In this document: piece by piece, positions 37,509 through 47,679 of the stretch
How the letters are laid out: every line of letters begins with the position of its first letter
Numbering within the stretch: the first letter of the stretch is position 1
From: Candidatus Eiseniibacteriota bacterium
Lineage (GTDB): Bacteria > Eisenbacteria > RBG-16-71-46 > JABDJR01
Assembly: GCA_963783375.1 (NCBI GenBank)
Contig: CAWANH010000028.1
Span: 608,001-672,000 of the forward strand
Length of the DNA stretch: 64,000 nucleotides
Direction: 5' to 3'
The notes under the pieces: model-generated
What the model saw: only the letters and a program-made list of their open reading frames with translations
Databases searched by the model: none
What the model was told of the DNA's origin: nothing
Position numbers and translations under genes: made by a program

Positions 37509-37649
37509 ATGCACGTCTCGTGGTTTAGCTGGGGTTCTCCGGTCGGTATCGGAATCTTCCTGGCCAGCATGGGGATCTTCTTTTGGGGATTGTTTTCGGG
37601 GGTCGCCATGCTGAACAAGTCTAAACATTCCCCGGAACCCAAAGAGTGA
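37509..37649 (+). CDS. 46-aa small membrane protein (below the ORF-track cutoff)
   Basis: MHVSWFSWGSPVGIGIFLASMGIFFWGLFSGVAMLNKSKHSPEPKE; GGAG upstream. Confidence 0.5.
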   Translation: MHVSWFSWGSPVGIGIFLASMGIFFWGLFSGVAMLNKSKHSPEPKE

Positions 37650-37731
37650 AGTCGCAATGCCAAAGCAAGTCACTACCGAGTGATACCGCGCTGCCCGGCT
37701 CAACGAAGCTCGGGCAGCACGTGGTGTCGCC

Positions 37732-37790
37732 GTTCAACAGATCGGCCTAGCGGACTGCTTGACTGCCGCCGCTTGACTCAAGGGTTGGGC
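37732..37790 (+). repeat. Degenerate attC11
   Basis: GTTCAAC...AGCGGAC...GCCGCTTGACTCAAGG GTTGGGC, similar to the short attC3/4 family; next ATG 12 nt downstream. Confidence 0.6.
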
Positions 37791-37802
37791 GGACCGGGAC
37801 GC

Positions 37803-38170
37803 ATGCGGTTCATTGCGGCATGTCTCTTTGCTTTCACAGCTGTATGTTCAACGGACGCCCGGTACTTGCCGAAGGACGGAGACATCGTGTTTCAAGTATC
37901 GCAATCAGCTCAGAATCAGGCCGCCCAATTGGCAACGGGTTCTTGGTATGGCCACATGGGCATCGTGTATCCGGGATAGGGCGAGCCGTATGTGTTTGAA
38001 GCCGTTCAACCACTAAAACTCACTCCGCTTCAGGACTGGATCAAGCGCGGCAAGGATGAACACTTCATGGCGAAACGGCCCTTCAATTCGGGCGCGTTTT
38101 TGTCGCCTCGGGTGCTACAGCAGATGAGATCAGTAGGCGAGAGGGTTTCCGGCGAGGTCCACGATTTTGC
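37803..38170 (+). pseudogene. YiiX/YebB-like permuted papain amidase pseudogene
   Basis: DGDIVFQ.SQS.Q....QLAT.S.Y.HMG, in-frame TAG at 37977, then PYVFEAVQP.K.TPL..WI; truncated. Confidence 0.75.
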
Positions 38171-38317
38171 GAACGCCGGTCTCTATCGCCGCGCTTTGCT
38201 GTTGCCGCCACACCCGCGCGCCGTGTCCTCAAACAGTGCGTGACTCGCCCGCTCTGTTGCGCGGAGAAGAGAGAACGGGTACTTTGGCAGCAAACACTGG
38301 ACATGGGAGGCAATGCA

Positions 38318-39136
38318 ATGTCTAGTCAGCACTTCGCTAAGATCTACGACGGAACCGCTCCGGAGAATTACGAGCGGCATTTCGTCCCAGCCGTCGGCGC
38401 ACCCCTCGCGGGTGACCTCGTTGAAATCGCGGGTATTCGTCCGGGTGATCGGGTTCTGGATGTTGCCTGTGGGACCGGCGTCGTGACGCGACTCGCCGCT
38501 CAGCGAGTCGGCGCCGACGGAACCGTCGCCGGGCTGGATCTCAATCCGGGGATGCTTGCGGTCGCGCGTTCGGCGACACCGCCGGCCACGAAAATCCGGT
38601 GGTACGAGGCGAGTGCCGAGAGAATGCCGTTCCCGGACGCATCGTTTGACATCGTGCTGTGCCAGATGGGGCTCCAATTCGTTCCGGACAGGTCCGCGGC
38701 CCTGCGAGAGATGCATCGTGTCCTGGCCCGCGATGGCCGGCTCATCCTGAATGTGCCCGGACCCACACCGCCGCTGATGGCGATCATGGGCGAGGCCCTC
38801 GCGCGGCACATCGGCGCCGAGGCTGAGGGATTCGTGACCCATGTCTTCTCGCTTCATGATGAGGCAGAGCTTCGACAGCTCATTGAGGGTGCCGGCTTCA
38901 ACGATGTCTCCGTCCACGCCGACATCAAGAAGCTTCGCCTGCCCGCTCCCGAGGAGTTTCTTTGGGGGTATGTGCATAGCACCCCGCTTGCCGGCCTAGT
39001 GGCGAAGGTCGACCAAGAGCGGCGCGAATTGCTGGAACGGGATGTCGTTGCAGGGTGGACGGAGTTCGCGAAGGATCGCTCAATGGCGCTTGAGCTTCGC
39101 CTCGTGGTCGCCACGGCCAGGAAGCAAGTTACTTGA
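38318..39136 (+). CDS. Class I SAM-dependent methyltransferase
   Basis: YERHFVP, VLDVACGTG, GLDLNPGML, FDIVLCQ.GLQF. Confidence 0.9.
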   Translation: MSSQHFAKIYDGTAPENYERHFVPAVGAPLAGDLVEIAGIRPGDRVLDVACGTGVVTRLAAQRVGADGTVAGLDLNPGMLAVARSATPPATKIRWYEASAERMPFPDASFDIVLCQMGLQFVPDRSAALREMHRVLARDGRLILNVPGPTPPLMAIMGEALARHIGAEAEGFVTHVFSLHDEAELRQLIEGAGFNDVSVHADIKKLRLPAPEEFLWGYVHSTPLAGLVAKVDQERRELLERDVVAGWTEFAKDRSMALELRLVVATARKQVT

Positions 39137-39263
39137 TTCCATTGGTTAAGCCACTTCCCATGCTGGAGTGTTCGGTCCACGACGCCGCACTGCACACCCC
39201 CGGATGTCGTGAGATGGATGACCCCCAAGCCGTGGATTTTCACCGCATGCAGGGGGAAGCGTC

Positions 39264-39662
39264 TTGAGGAAGAGCGAGTCTTCGGAAGGAAAGTCTCCCT
39301 CCCGGATGATAGACGAGAGGATCAAGGAATTGGGCGACTGGCGCGCCAGGACGCTCTCCCGGCTCCGCACGTTGATCAGGCAGGCCGACCCCGAAGTCGT
39401 CGAAGAGTGGAAGTGGCGAGGGGTTCCGGTGTGGTACCACGACGGGATGATCTGCACCGGCGAAGCGTACAAGAACGCCGTGAAGATGACCTTCGCCAAC
39501 GGGGCCGCACTCGAGGACCCATCCGGCCTGTTCAACGCCAGCCTAGATGGCAACACCCGCCGCGCCATCGACTTCCACGAGGGCGATGAGATCGACGAAG
39601 ATGCGTTGAAGGCTCTCATTCGCGCCGCCGTGACCCTGAACGCCTCTCGCTCCCTCCGCTGA
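39264..39662 (+). CDS. DUF1801 (YdhG-like) protein
   Basis: LGDWRA.TL, EEWKWRGVPVW, GLFNASLDGNTRRAID. Confidence 0.9.
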   Translation: MRKSESSEGKSPSRMIDERIKELGDWRARTLSRLRTLIRQADPEVVEEWKWRGVPVWYHDGMICTGEAYKNAVKMTFANGAALEDPSGLFNASLDGNTRRAIDFHEGDEIDEDALKALIRAAVTLNASRSLR

Positions 39663-39801
39663 ACGAGATGGAGAGGTCGCTTCGCGCGCCTCGTGCGTCC
39701 GGAACCCGACGGTCGCTGTCGCCGCCACTTTCGACCTCGGTTTTCCCGCCCACGGCCCGTCCGATGTACGCTGGCCGAGGCCCGGACTACGGGGAGGGAA
39801 C

Positions 39802-40782
39802 ATGCATGACCTTTTGACCGTTGATCGCTTGGAAGTCCTTGTCCTCGTAGATAACACGACCGACAGTCTTTCGACCAACTCGGATGTTGCCGTAACCGAG
39901 TGGGCTGACCTTCTCACCGCGGGGCGTATGCCTGTGCTCTCCGGCAGAGGAATCTGCTGCGCCCACCACGGATTGTCCCTGCTGCTCACGGCGTACGTCG
40001 GGGATGCCGTACACACGCTTCTATTCGACTCGGGGCCCGAGGCGAACACCTTCCTGCGCAATGTCGATGTCCTCGGAGCGGATCTCTCCGCGGTTGGATC
40101 CGTGGTGCTGTCACATGGGCATTGGGATCATGCCGGCGGCCTTCTGGCCGCTATCAGAGCCATTTCGAAAGCGCAAGGTCGGTCTGGAGTCGATTGTTTT
40201 GTGCACCCCGGAATGTTTGCGACACGAGGGATGAAACTCCCGAACGGAGAGGTGCTCCCATTCGAGTCGGTGCCTGATCCTGATGCGCTTGGCGACGCCG
40301 GTGCCAACGTGGTGAACACACGCGAACCACAGGTCATAGCCGAAGGCGCGTTCTACGTCAGCGGCGAGATTCCCCGCGTCACCGGCTACGAGATTGGACT
40401 ACCGGGACATGTTCGCCGACAGACGGATGCCCAGCCGTGGGAACCGGACCCCCTTATCATGGACGAGCGGTTCGTCGCGGTGGGTGTCAAGAACAAAGGC
40501 CAGCTCATCTTTTCGGCGTGTTCGCACGCCGGTCTGGTCAACGTACTCACTCATGCCCGATCGGTCTTTCCCTCGGTTCCGTTGTACGGGGTGATGGGTG
40601 GCCTGCACCTCTCCGGCGCCACCGAGAAGATCATTCCGGAGACGATTGCGAACCTGACATCGTTCGGTCTCAAGCTCCTGGCGCCGGGCCATTGCACCGG
40701 CTGGCGGGCGCTGAACGCCATGGCCGGAGTCTTTGGTGATGAGCTTGTCCCCTCGGCGGTGGGCAAGCGCTACGTAATCTAG
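39802..40782 (+). CDS. MBL-fold metallo-hydrolase (COG1237-like)
   Basis: VLVDN, HHGLS, LFDSG, LSHGHWDHAGG, ACSHAG, GGLHL, PGHCTG. Confidence 0.9.
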   Translation: MHDLLTVDRLEVLVLVDNTTDSLSTNSDVAVTEWADLLTAGRMPVLSGRGICCAHHGLSLLLTAYVGDAVHTLLFDSGPEANTFLRNVDVLGADLSAVGSVVLSHGHWDHAGGLLAAIRAISKAQGRSGVDCFVHPGMFATRGMKLPNGEVLPFESVPDPDALGDAGANVVNTREPQVIAEGAFYVSGEIPRVTGYEIGLPGHVRRQTDAQPWEPDPLIMDERFVAVGVKNKGQLIFSACSHAGLVNVLTHARSVFPSVPLYGVMGGLHLSGATEKIIPETIANLTSFGLKLLAPGHCTGWRALNAMAGVFGDELVPSAVGKRYVI

Positions 40783-41189
40783 CTTCCCCACCATCATCCG
40801 CTGGGCGCCGGCGACCGGCCGGAGGAGCGGAATGCCGATTCCGTCGAGTCGGCGGGAACGAACCGGCGGCAGGACGCGCGATGGCTGCTCCGGCAACCCT
40901 GTCCCGATCCGCCGCGCCCCCGGACCTATCCCGGCAACCTCGACATGGATGACGGTGAAGACAACCCCGGCCGCTGAAACACACTCCCCGCCCCACCGGT
41001 GCTAGAATGGAACTCAGGATGAGGTTGACGCCTATTCTGCGGCAGGAACGGACAACTTCCGAAGTCGATTCGTCGCATGATGAACGCTGCATCAAGGCGG
41101 CCCCACAAACGATTCCGCCGAACCGCCCACCGGCCGGTTCACCACCGCACCGGGGGCCCGGCCACCGGGCATCAGGGAGGGAGCGCATC

Positions 41190-41618
41190 ATGATGGTTTC
41201 GGCGTGGCCGCTGCTGGTCGTACTCGCGGCAATCATCCTGCTAGGCGTAACCGGCAACCTGCTCACGTCCTCACCTCTGGTCATCGTCGTGCAGGCAGCG
41301 GCGGTCGTGCTGAACATCTGGGCGCGACGCTCATTTCAGCAGGGCGCGTTTCGAGTATCGGCCACACCGGGCGGGAGCGCCATCATACGGGGCGGTCCGT
41401 ATCGATTTGTTCGACATCCCATGTACTCGGCGGTGTTGCTCTTTGTCTGGGCTGCAGTGTTGAGTCACTTGTCCGCGTTCACGGTTGCGATCGGTGTCGT
41501 CGTGACCGTCGTCGCCATCACACGAGTCGTCGCCGAGGAGCGGTTGCTTCGCGAACGGTTTCCCGATTACGGCGACTATGCCCGTTCCACGAAGGCCCTG
41601 GTGCCGTACTTGTTTTGA
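41190..41618 (+). CDS. Isoprenylcysteine carboxylmethyltransferase-family protein
   Basis: GGPYRFVRHPMYS, EERLL.ERF..Y..Y. Confidence 0.85.
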   Translation: MMVSAWPLLVVLAAIILLGVTGNLLTSSPLVIVVQAAAVVLNIWARRSFQQGAFRVSATPGGSAIIRGGPYRFVRHPMYSAVLLFVWAAVLSHLSAFTVAIGVVVTVVAITRVVAEERLLRERFPDYGDYARSTKALVPYLF

Positions 41619-41886
41619 CGCGGTGAATGCCGTCCGGCCAGGCCGGCGGGACCGCCGCCCCGGCGCTCCTTACGCGCCTGAAGGGCCGACGCGAATGTGG
41701 GGGTCGAAAGATGCACAGAGGTGAACTCGATCACCTCGTGTTTCGCCCAGTTGACCTGGAGCGGGTGTTCGCTTCTACTGCGACGTTCTCGGCTGCGCGA
41801 TTGCGCGGGCGGAGAAGGCCTATCGGCCCCGGCCCTCCGCCCCCAACCGGCCGGTTTGCGGTTGATGCGTCGATCTTGAGGTTCAT

Positions 41887-42330
41887 ATGAAACGCACCGG
41901 CACTCTCACCCTACTTGGATTCGCCCAGCCTGCGGTCCCTCCGGGTTGCAGGCATTCAACTTCAGTGCCCGAGCCCGGCCTGGAAGCGGGCACGGAAATC
42001 GACTGGAATACGACCGGCTTCGACAACGCAATGGACCTCGCCGAGCAGGATGACAGGTTTGTTCTCGTCTACGCCATGGCCCAATGGTGCGGCTGGTGTC
42101 GACAGGTGTCCCAGCACACGTGGGCGGACTCCAGGGTTATCTAATGGGTCAACCTGAACACGGTCCCATTCCAATGGGACATCGACGACGTTGAGCTTCG
42201 CGGGTTGTGGCCGCGGATCTCCGGGGCCCCAACGGTTGTCCTGATCCGTTCGGGCACTGAGATTGACCGCAAGATCGGCTATTCGCCGCCGGACGAATAC
42301 TTGAAGTGGTTTGAATCGTACACGGCCGAT
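41887..42330 (+). pseudogene. Thioredoxin-family pseudogene
   Basis: AQWCGWC, in-frame TAA at 42142, continues ..GAPTVVL...GTEIDRKIGY in the same frame. Confidence 0.7.
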
Positions 42331-42745
42331 TCATCCTCCGCCCCGATCCGCAGCGATTCGGCGAGCCCCCCGGCTCACCGGTGGGGCAGTCCGGCGTCGC
42401 TCCCGCCGGGACTATGTCTTGCTCCTCGCCATCACGGTTGGCCTGGGGCTCTATGAGCTGGCTCAAGGTCCCATGGGGGGCGCGATGGACCCCAAGGATA
42501 TGGTTGCGACCTTCATGGCTGGTGGCGTATCGGCACTTGTGTACAGATCTGTCCACGGAATACCGGTGTGCTTGCGTGGAGGATCGAACCACTAGACGTT
42601 TCCCCGCCGGTAGTGCGCAACAGACAATCCCTGTCACATGGCTCGCCGTCGGGGCGGTCGGTCTGCTGCTTCTTGCTCTGACAAGGCCAGGATCAAGCCT
42701 GACCGCGGGTTTTGCTGGGGTGAGACGAATTGGGAGGGTTTGCCG

Positions 42746-43201
42746 ATGATCCGGGCGATAGCGGTGGTTCTTGTCGGAACCGGCGTATGGATGCTGGTGG
42801 GCCTGTGGACTTCCAACGCACACTTTGGATCCGCACTTCGCGCCGCGGCGGACAGCGCGGGAGCGGGAGTCGTGATCCTCCTTATCGCCCAGCTATTCAT
42901 ACCCATTCTCAAGGCCCTGGCCGGTTTCGGTCTCTTCGCACGGAGGCGCTGGAGCTGGCCCGCCGCCCTGGCCGCATTGACCCTGGACGTCGTCACTCTG
43001 GGCGTATCGATCGGGAGGCTCCACAGCTACGGCGGGGCTGCTTCGCCAATCCCCCCGGAATGGGTCTTGGGCGGATCGGTAGCGCACCGGAGCAGTGCCG
43101 TTCCGATGTACGCCATTTTCCTGCTGAGTCTGGTATGCATCGCGCTGATGAGCACGAGGTCTGTTCGCGGCACTTGGTCGCGTGAATTGGAGGCCGCTTG
43201 A
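42746..43201 (+). CDS. Hypothetical membrane protein
   Basis: GGAGG SD; four hydrophobic segments. Confidence 0.55.
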   Translation: MIRAIAVVLVGTGVWMLVGLWTSNAHFGSALRAAADSAGAGVVILLIAQLFIPILKALAGFGLFARRRWSWPAALAALTLDVVTLGVSIGRLHSYGGAASPIPPEWVLGGSVAHRSSAVPMYAIFLLSLVCIALMSTRSVRGTWSRELEAA

Positions 43202-43251
43202 CGCGCCGCTCCTGGCGGCGGCGATCCGCCAGTAGCGACAATCGATGATCC

Positions 43252-43842
43252 ATGCCTTACGTGTATCGGGCGGAAGGGGTTAGCGTGAGATTGGAGACCG
43301 AGAGGCTGATCCTCCGGCGACCGGAGATCGAGGACCTGGCCGACCTGCTCCGGCTTCTTTCGGACCCGTCGTTCGCCGCGGCCGTTCCGGAGATTCCAGG
43401 AACCGAGGGAGAAATCCGGGAGTACCTCGAAATCGAGCGCTCGGCGAACGAGCCTGAGCCGGACAAGTGCTTCAATCTCTTCCTGGAGCGGCGGCGGGAC
43501 AACGGCGTATTGGGCCTGGCAACACTCGTTCTCAGGAAGGACGGTCAGGGGGAAATCGGATACGCTCTGCACGGGGACCATCGTGGTTTCGGTTATGCGA
43601 GTGAGGCCGCCCGTGCGTTCATTGACTACGCTTTCACCGAACTCGGGCTTCACAGGATATACGCCGAGACCACGGCGGATAACACGGCGTCCCGGAAAGT
43701 GATGGAGCGATTGGGTATGAAGCGGGAAGCTCGCTTTCGCGAGATGGTGCGCGAGGATGGCCGCTGGCGCGACAAGGTGGTCTATGCGGTCCTCGAGCAC
43801 GAATGGCCGGCGGTCGCCCCTCTCGACGACCCCCCCGAGTGA
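43252..43842 (+). CDS. GNAT acetyltransferase (RimJ/RimL-like)
   Basis: LETERLILR, EIGYAL, GFGYASEA, N.ASRKVMERLGM. Confidence 0.9.
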   Translation: MPYVYRAEGVSVRLETERLILRRPEIEDLADLLRLLSDPSFAAAVPEIPGTEGEIREYLEIERSANEPEPDKCFNLFLERRRDNGVLGLATLVLRKDGQGEIGYALHGDHRGFGYASEAARAFIDYAFTELGLHRIYAETTADNTASRKVMERLGMKREARFREMVREDGRWRDKVVYAVLEHEWPAVAPLDDPPE

Positions 43843-43919
43843 ATCGAGAGCAGGTCGCCGCGCCGGCGACCCCGCTTCCCGGGAAGCGCGACAGGGCCGG
43901 GCCCCGGGAGGGTGATCCA

Positions 43920-44861
43920 ATGGACAACGCAGGCATGCTGGGATCGGTAGGCCGGACGCCGCTTGTGGAACTGTGCCGCATTGTTCCCGCCGGGTACGCG
44001 CGAGTGCTGATCAAGCTCGAGAGCCACAACCCGACCGGGAGCATGAAGGATCGAATGGCTCTCTCGGTGGTCGGCGGCGCCCTGTCGACGGGTCGTTTGA
44101 CCACGACCGGGAGGATTGTCGAGTACACGGGAGGCAGCACGGGAACCTCCCTGGCGTTCGTCTGCGCAGCCCGTGGGCTTGCCATCACGCTCGTCACCTC
44201 GGACGCATTCAGCCGCGAGAAGCGCGACCACATGCGCGCCCTTGGAGCCATGGTCATCGAGATTCCAAGCGGGGGAGGCGGTACCACCAAAGAGCTGATC
44301 CGGAGCATGATGGCCAGGGCGGCCGAGCTCAGCGCGATGCCGGGGATGTACCACGCAGACCAGTTCAACAACCCCCACGCGGCGGCGGGCTACGCCCCGC
44401 TTGCGGAGGAGTTGTGGGAGCAATCCGGCGGGCGGCTGGACGCCTTCGTGCAATCGGTGGGCACAGCGCAGTGCATCACCGGGGTGGCGAGGGTTCTCCG
44501 CGGCCGCCATGCGCGGATCCGGATCGTCGCCGTGGAACCCGCCGAATCCCCGGTTCTCTCCGGCGGTACGCCCGGCGCCCACGAGATTGAGGGTGTCGGA
44601 CCCGGTTTCATCCCCCCCATGTGGGACCAAGGCCTCACCGATGACATCCTCCGGGTATCCACCGCCGAGGCCAAGGAGACGGCCCGGCGCCTGGCGGCGG
44701 AAGAGGGGGTTTTTGCCGGAACCTCCTCCGGCGCCAACGTCGTCGCCGCGCTCCGGGTCGCCGAGCGCCTTGGATCCGGAAAGACCGTGGCGACACTGGT
44801 CTCCGACTCCGGGCTGAAGTACCTCTCGACCGATCTCTACTCTAGCCTGGAGCCTCGGTGA
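43920..44861 (+). CDS. PLP-dependent cysteine synthase-family protein
   Basis: GRTPLV, KLE..NPTGSMKDR, GGSTG, HEIEG.G.GF.P, GTSSGAN, DSGLKYLS. Confidence 0.92.
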   Translation: MDNAGMLGSVGRTPLVELCRIVPAGYARVLIKLESHNPTGSMKDRMALSVVGGALSTGRLTTTGRIVEYTGGSTGTSLAFVCAARGLAITLVTSDAFSREKRDHMRALGAMVIEIPSGGGGTTKELIRSMMARAAELSAMPGMYHADQFNNPHAAAGYAPLAEELWEQSGGRLDAFVQSVGTAQCITGVARVLRGRHARIRIVAVEPAESPVLSGGTPGAHEIEGVGPGFIPPMWDQGLTDDILRVSTAEAKETARRLAAEEGVFAGTSSGANVVAALRVAERLGSGKTVATLVSDSGLKYLSTDLYSSLEPR

Positions 44862-45011
44862 CAGGTGGCCCGCGGGGGCCGCGCTGCAGCTCCACCGATT
44901 GTGACCCGGAGACCACGGGCTCCGTCAGGACCGCATCCAATCGCCGAGAGCCGGCGCCCGCCGGATGGAGCGACATGACGACCGCGGATCGATGCGGTAC
45001 ATTCCCGGAAG

Positions 45012-45974
45012 ATGAGAAGAGTTGTCCTGGCGACCGGGAGGCCTTTCAACCCACGGGTGTTCTGGGGCGTGGTATGTCTCAACGTCCCGGCCGTCTTCGC
45101 GCTGATTCCTTTCGCCGGGTACCTACGGAAAGCCTACGATGATCCCGGAGCGGAGGCGTTCTCCGGCTGGGGTCCGCTTGTTGCCGACCGGGTGGTTGTC
45201 CTCGCCTTGATCGCCGTCCTGGCCGGAATCGGCTTGGCGCTGGCCAACCGCATCGGGCTGGGACTGCCCTTCGTCGAGCGTTGGGTCGAGGGAGCGTCTC
45301 CGCAGGGCCGGTTTCGCGGCGTACTCGCCATGGGATGCCTTGTCGGAGCAGGTTGCGCCGGCCTCATCCTGCTCCTGGACTTCCGGGTGTTTCGGGCGCC
45401 GATGCTGAGCATGTTCCGGGAGTTGGGCATCGCGGCCCCCAAGGAGTCCGTCGCTCCGCCCTTCTTCGGATTCCTGGCCGCCATCTCGGCCGGAATCACC
45501 GAAGAGACCATGTTTCGTCTATTCGGGCTCAGCTTGCTGGCCTGGATCGGCGGGCTTCTCTTCCACACCGTGGATGGCCGGCCTACTCTGGGGGTGTTGT
45601 GGGCGGCCAACATCCTCTTCGCTCTGATTTTCGGGGCGGCCCACCTGGCGGACGCCCATGCAATCGGCTGGCCGATGAACGCCCTGGTGCTCAGCCGGAC
45701 GTTCATCCCGAACGGCGCGGCCGGTTTGGCTTTCGGCTGGCTCTTCTGGACCTACGGCCTGGAAAGCGCCATCCTGGCCCACTTCTTCACCGACGTCGGC
45801 CTGTACACCCTGGTGCCCATCGTCATTCTCCGGGAGGGGCCGGTCGCCAAATCGATCGCCGGCGCGATCGTGGCTCTCGTGGTCCTGCTCGGCGTGGCCT
45901 GGGCGGTCAGGACCCTGGTTCGAGAAAGTCGGCGCGAGGTGGCCGAAGCTGAGGGGGGCCCGAATGCCCGCTAG
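45012..45974 (+). CDS. CPBP (Abi/CAAX) intramembrane metalloprotease-family protein
   Basis: GITEE..FR, FGAAHL, FGWLFW.YGLESAILAH. Confidence 0.85.
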   Translation: MRRVVLATGRPFNPRVFWGVVCLNVPAVFALIPFAGYLRKAYDDPGAEAFSGWGPLVADRVVVLALIAVLAGIGLALANRIGLGLPFVERWVEGASPQGRFRGVLAMGCLVGAGCAGLILLLDFRVFRAPMLSMFRELGIAAPKESVAPPFFGFLAAISAGITEETMFRLFGLSLLAWIGGLLFHTVDGRPTLGVLWAANILFALIFGAAHLADAHAIGWPMNALVLSRTFIPNGAAGLAFGWLFWTYGLESAILAHFFTDVGLYTLVPIVILREGPVAKSIAGAIVALVVLLGVAWAVRTLVRESRREVAEAEGGPNAR

Positions 45975-46073
45975 CTTCGATCTGGACTGCGACGGCGCCT
46001 GGGCTCGGATGGCCGGCTTCAGCGGGGTGAGTCCCCGGGTCCCGCACGGTAGGACACCGAAAGGAGGGCCTTC

Positions 46074-46259
46074 ATGGCCAAAGTCGTACGGTCCGAGTTC
46101 ATGGGAAACGGTATTGTCTTCTGGCTCCTCTGCGTCACGATCGTCGGGATCCCCGTCGCGGTCCTGTATGTCATCAACGGTACGCTCCGGGTCGAGGAAG
46201 AGCTCAGGGATCCCGAGGAGTTCATCAAGCGCTTTCGCGGCAGGCGATCCAAGGGATAG
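46074..46259 (+). CDS. Small hypothetical membrane protein
   Basis: AAGGAGG SD; WLLCVTIVGIPVAVLY. Confidence 0.65.
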   Translation: MAKVVRSEFMGNGIVFWLLCVTIVGIPVAVLYVINGTLRVEEELRDPEEFIKRFRGRRSKG

Positions 46260-46264
46260 GTAGA

Positions 46265-46768
46265 TTGTCGAACGCGAGCCGAACTTCGCCCGGTCACCCG
46301 GTCCGCCGATACCTTCTGGTCGGGGTCGGCGCGTATGTCGTCGCGCTATTTGCCGCCCTTTTCGTACTCTTCATGGTTTGGCGATCCCTGCCGGACTGGA
46401 AGCCGGCTCGCGTCACATATGAGGTGAGGGGATCCAGGGACACGCTCTACATCAAGGGCATCGCTTATGGACTCACCGGAGACAATCAGCAGTGGTGGAT
46501 CACGTCGAATCGCGGAAACAAGGAACCCGACTCGTTGATGGACTACGTCTTCACGGGGTTGGAACCCTTTTCCTACAGGTTGACGGCCGACACCTTGGTG
46601 GTTTTTTCGAGACGGACGGCCGACGCACCCGTCCAGTTTCGGTCAGGTATCACGGTGCGCCAGGTCGAACTGTCGAATCCGCAGATGATGAGCCTCTTCC
46701 GGACCGGCGATTCACTCGGTCTGGGCCGGACGCGGTTCGGTGAGGATCAACCGGGTCGGGACCGTTGA
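46265..46768 (+). CDS. Hypothetical membrane-anchored protein
   Basis: One N-terminal TM segment, then beta-rich region. Confidence 0.5.
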   Translation: MSNASRTSPGHPVRRYLLVGVGAYVVALFAALFVLFMVWRSLPDWKPARVTYEVRGSRDTLYIKGIAYGLTGDNQQWWITSNRGNKEPDSLMDYVFTGLEPFSYRLTADTLVVFSRRTADAPVQFRSGITVRQVELSNPQMMSLFRTGDSLGLGRTRFGEDQPGRDR

Positions 46769-46847
46769 TGTCCTTCGGTCCGATGGCCGGCGAGCCTGGG
46801 CGCCGTCGAATCGCCGGTCAATGCGGTACTCCTGATGGGGACGGAAG

Positions 46848-47537
46848 ATGAAGAAGATCTGTATTGTCGGTGCCTCCGGGAAGCTAGGGCGCTACATGGT
46901 GCAGCATGCGCTGGACCGGGGCTACGAGGTGGTCGGCGTTTGCCGGCAACGCAGCGTGGGGAAACTCGACCCGTTCAAGGGGCACATCACCGTGCTTCCC
47001 GGCAAGACGAACGACCGCGCGGTCATCAAACAGGCGGTGGCGGAGTGCGACGGAGTGCTCACCGTGCTGGCTCCCTGGGGCGTTCAGCAGTACTCCTCGG
47101 GCACGGCCCAGGCCGTCATGGATTTTGCCGAACCCGGCGCCCGCCTTGTGTTCTCCTGCGGATGGCACATCAGCCTGGACGGCAAGGACGTCTACCCCTG
47201 GAAACTGAGGATGTTGCTGAAGATCGCCGGTCCGATCGCGCGGCTCTTCCGGGTGGTGGAATTGGACGACCAGGTTGAGGCTTGCAGGCGCATATTCGCC
47301 AGCGACACGAAGTGGACGGTGGTGCGTGGAAGCGATCTCGAGGAGGGGGAAAGCCAGGGCCTCCCTGTCTGGAGCCGGCACGTGGGCGATCCCATCCTCG
47401 AGAGCAATCTCACCCGCCGGGTAGACTTCGCCCTCTTCATGGTGGCGGCTCTGGAGAACGACGACCTCGTTCACGAGGCCCCCGCGATCGTCGGGTGCCG
47501 GTCGACTTCGGCGCTCGCAAACGAAACCGTTGGCTAG
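46848..47537 (+). CDS. NAD(P)H-binding protein (flavin reductase-like)
   Basis: IVGASGKLG, WTVVR, RVDFALFM. Confidence 0.88.
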   Translation: MKKICIVGASGKLGRYMVQHALDRGYEVVGVCRQRSVGKLDPFKGHITVLPGKTNDRAVIKQAVAECDGVLTVLAPWGVQQYSSGTAQAVMDFAEPGARLVFSCGWHISLDGKDVYPWKLRMLLKIAGPIARLFRVVELDDQVEACRRIFASDTKWTVVRGSDLEEGESQGLPVWSRHVGDPILESNLTRRVDFALFMVAALENDDLVHEAPAIVGCRSTSALANETVG

Positions 47538-47679
47538 GGATCTTCCAGTCGCACTCCGACCGCGGCGGCTTCGGTGTTAGACTTCGCTGGCGGACCTCGC
47601 CGGGGATGCGTACCGTCGGCTCCGCCTGAAGCCCGGACCCAGGGTCCGGTGCCGCCAATGCCCTAACTGGAGACCTCTG

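Noticed and set aside
37977-42144. Stop-codon recoding at TAG 37977 and TAA 42142
   Set aside because: Different stop types, truncated neighbours and normal stop usage elsewhere point to decay
47570-47670. GTTAGAC and CCCTAAC as an attC
   Set aside because: Wrong order for a + strand attC and no L-box palindrome seen
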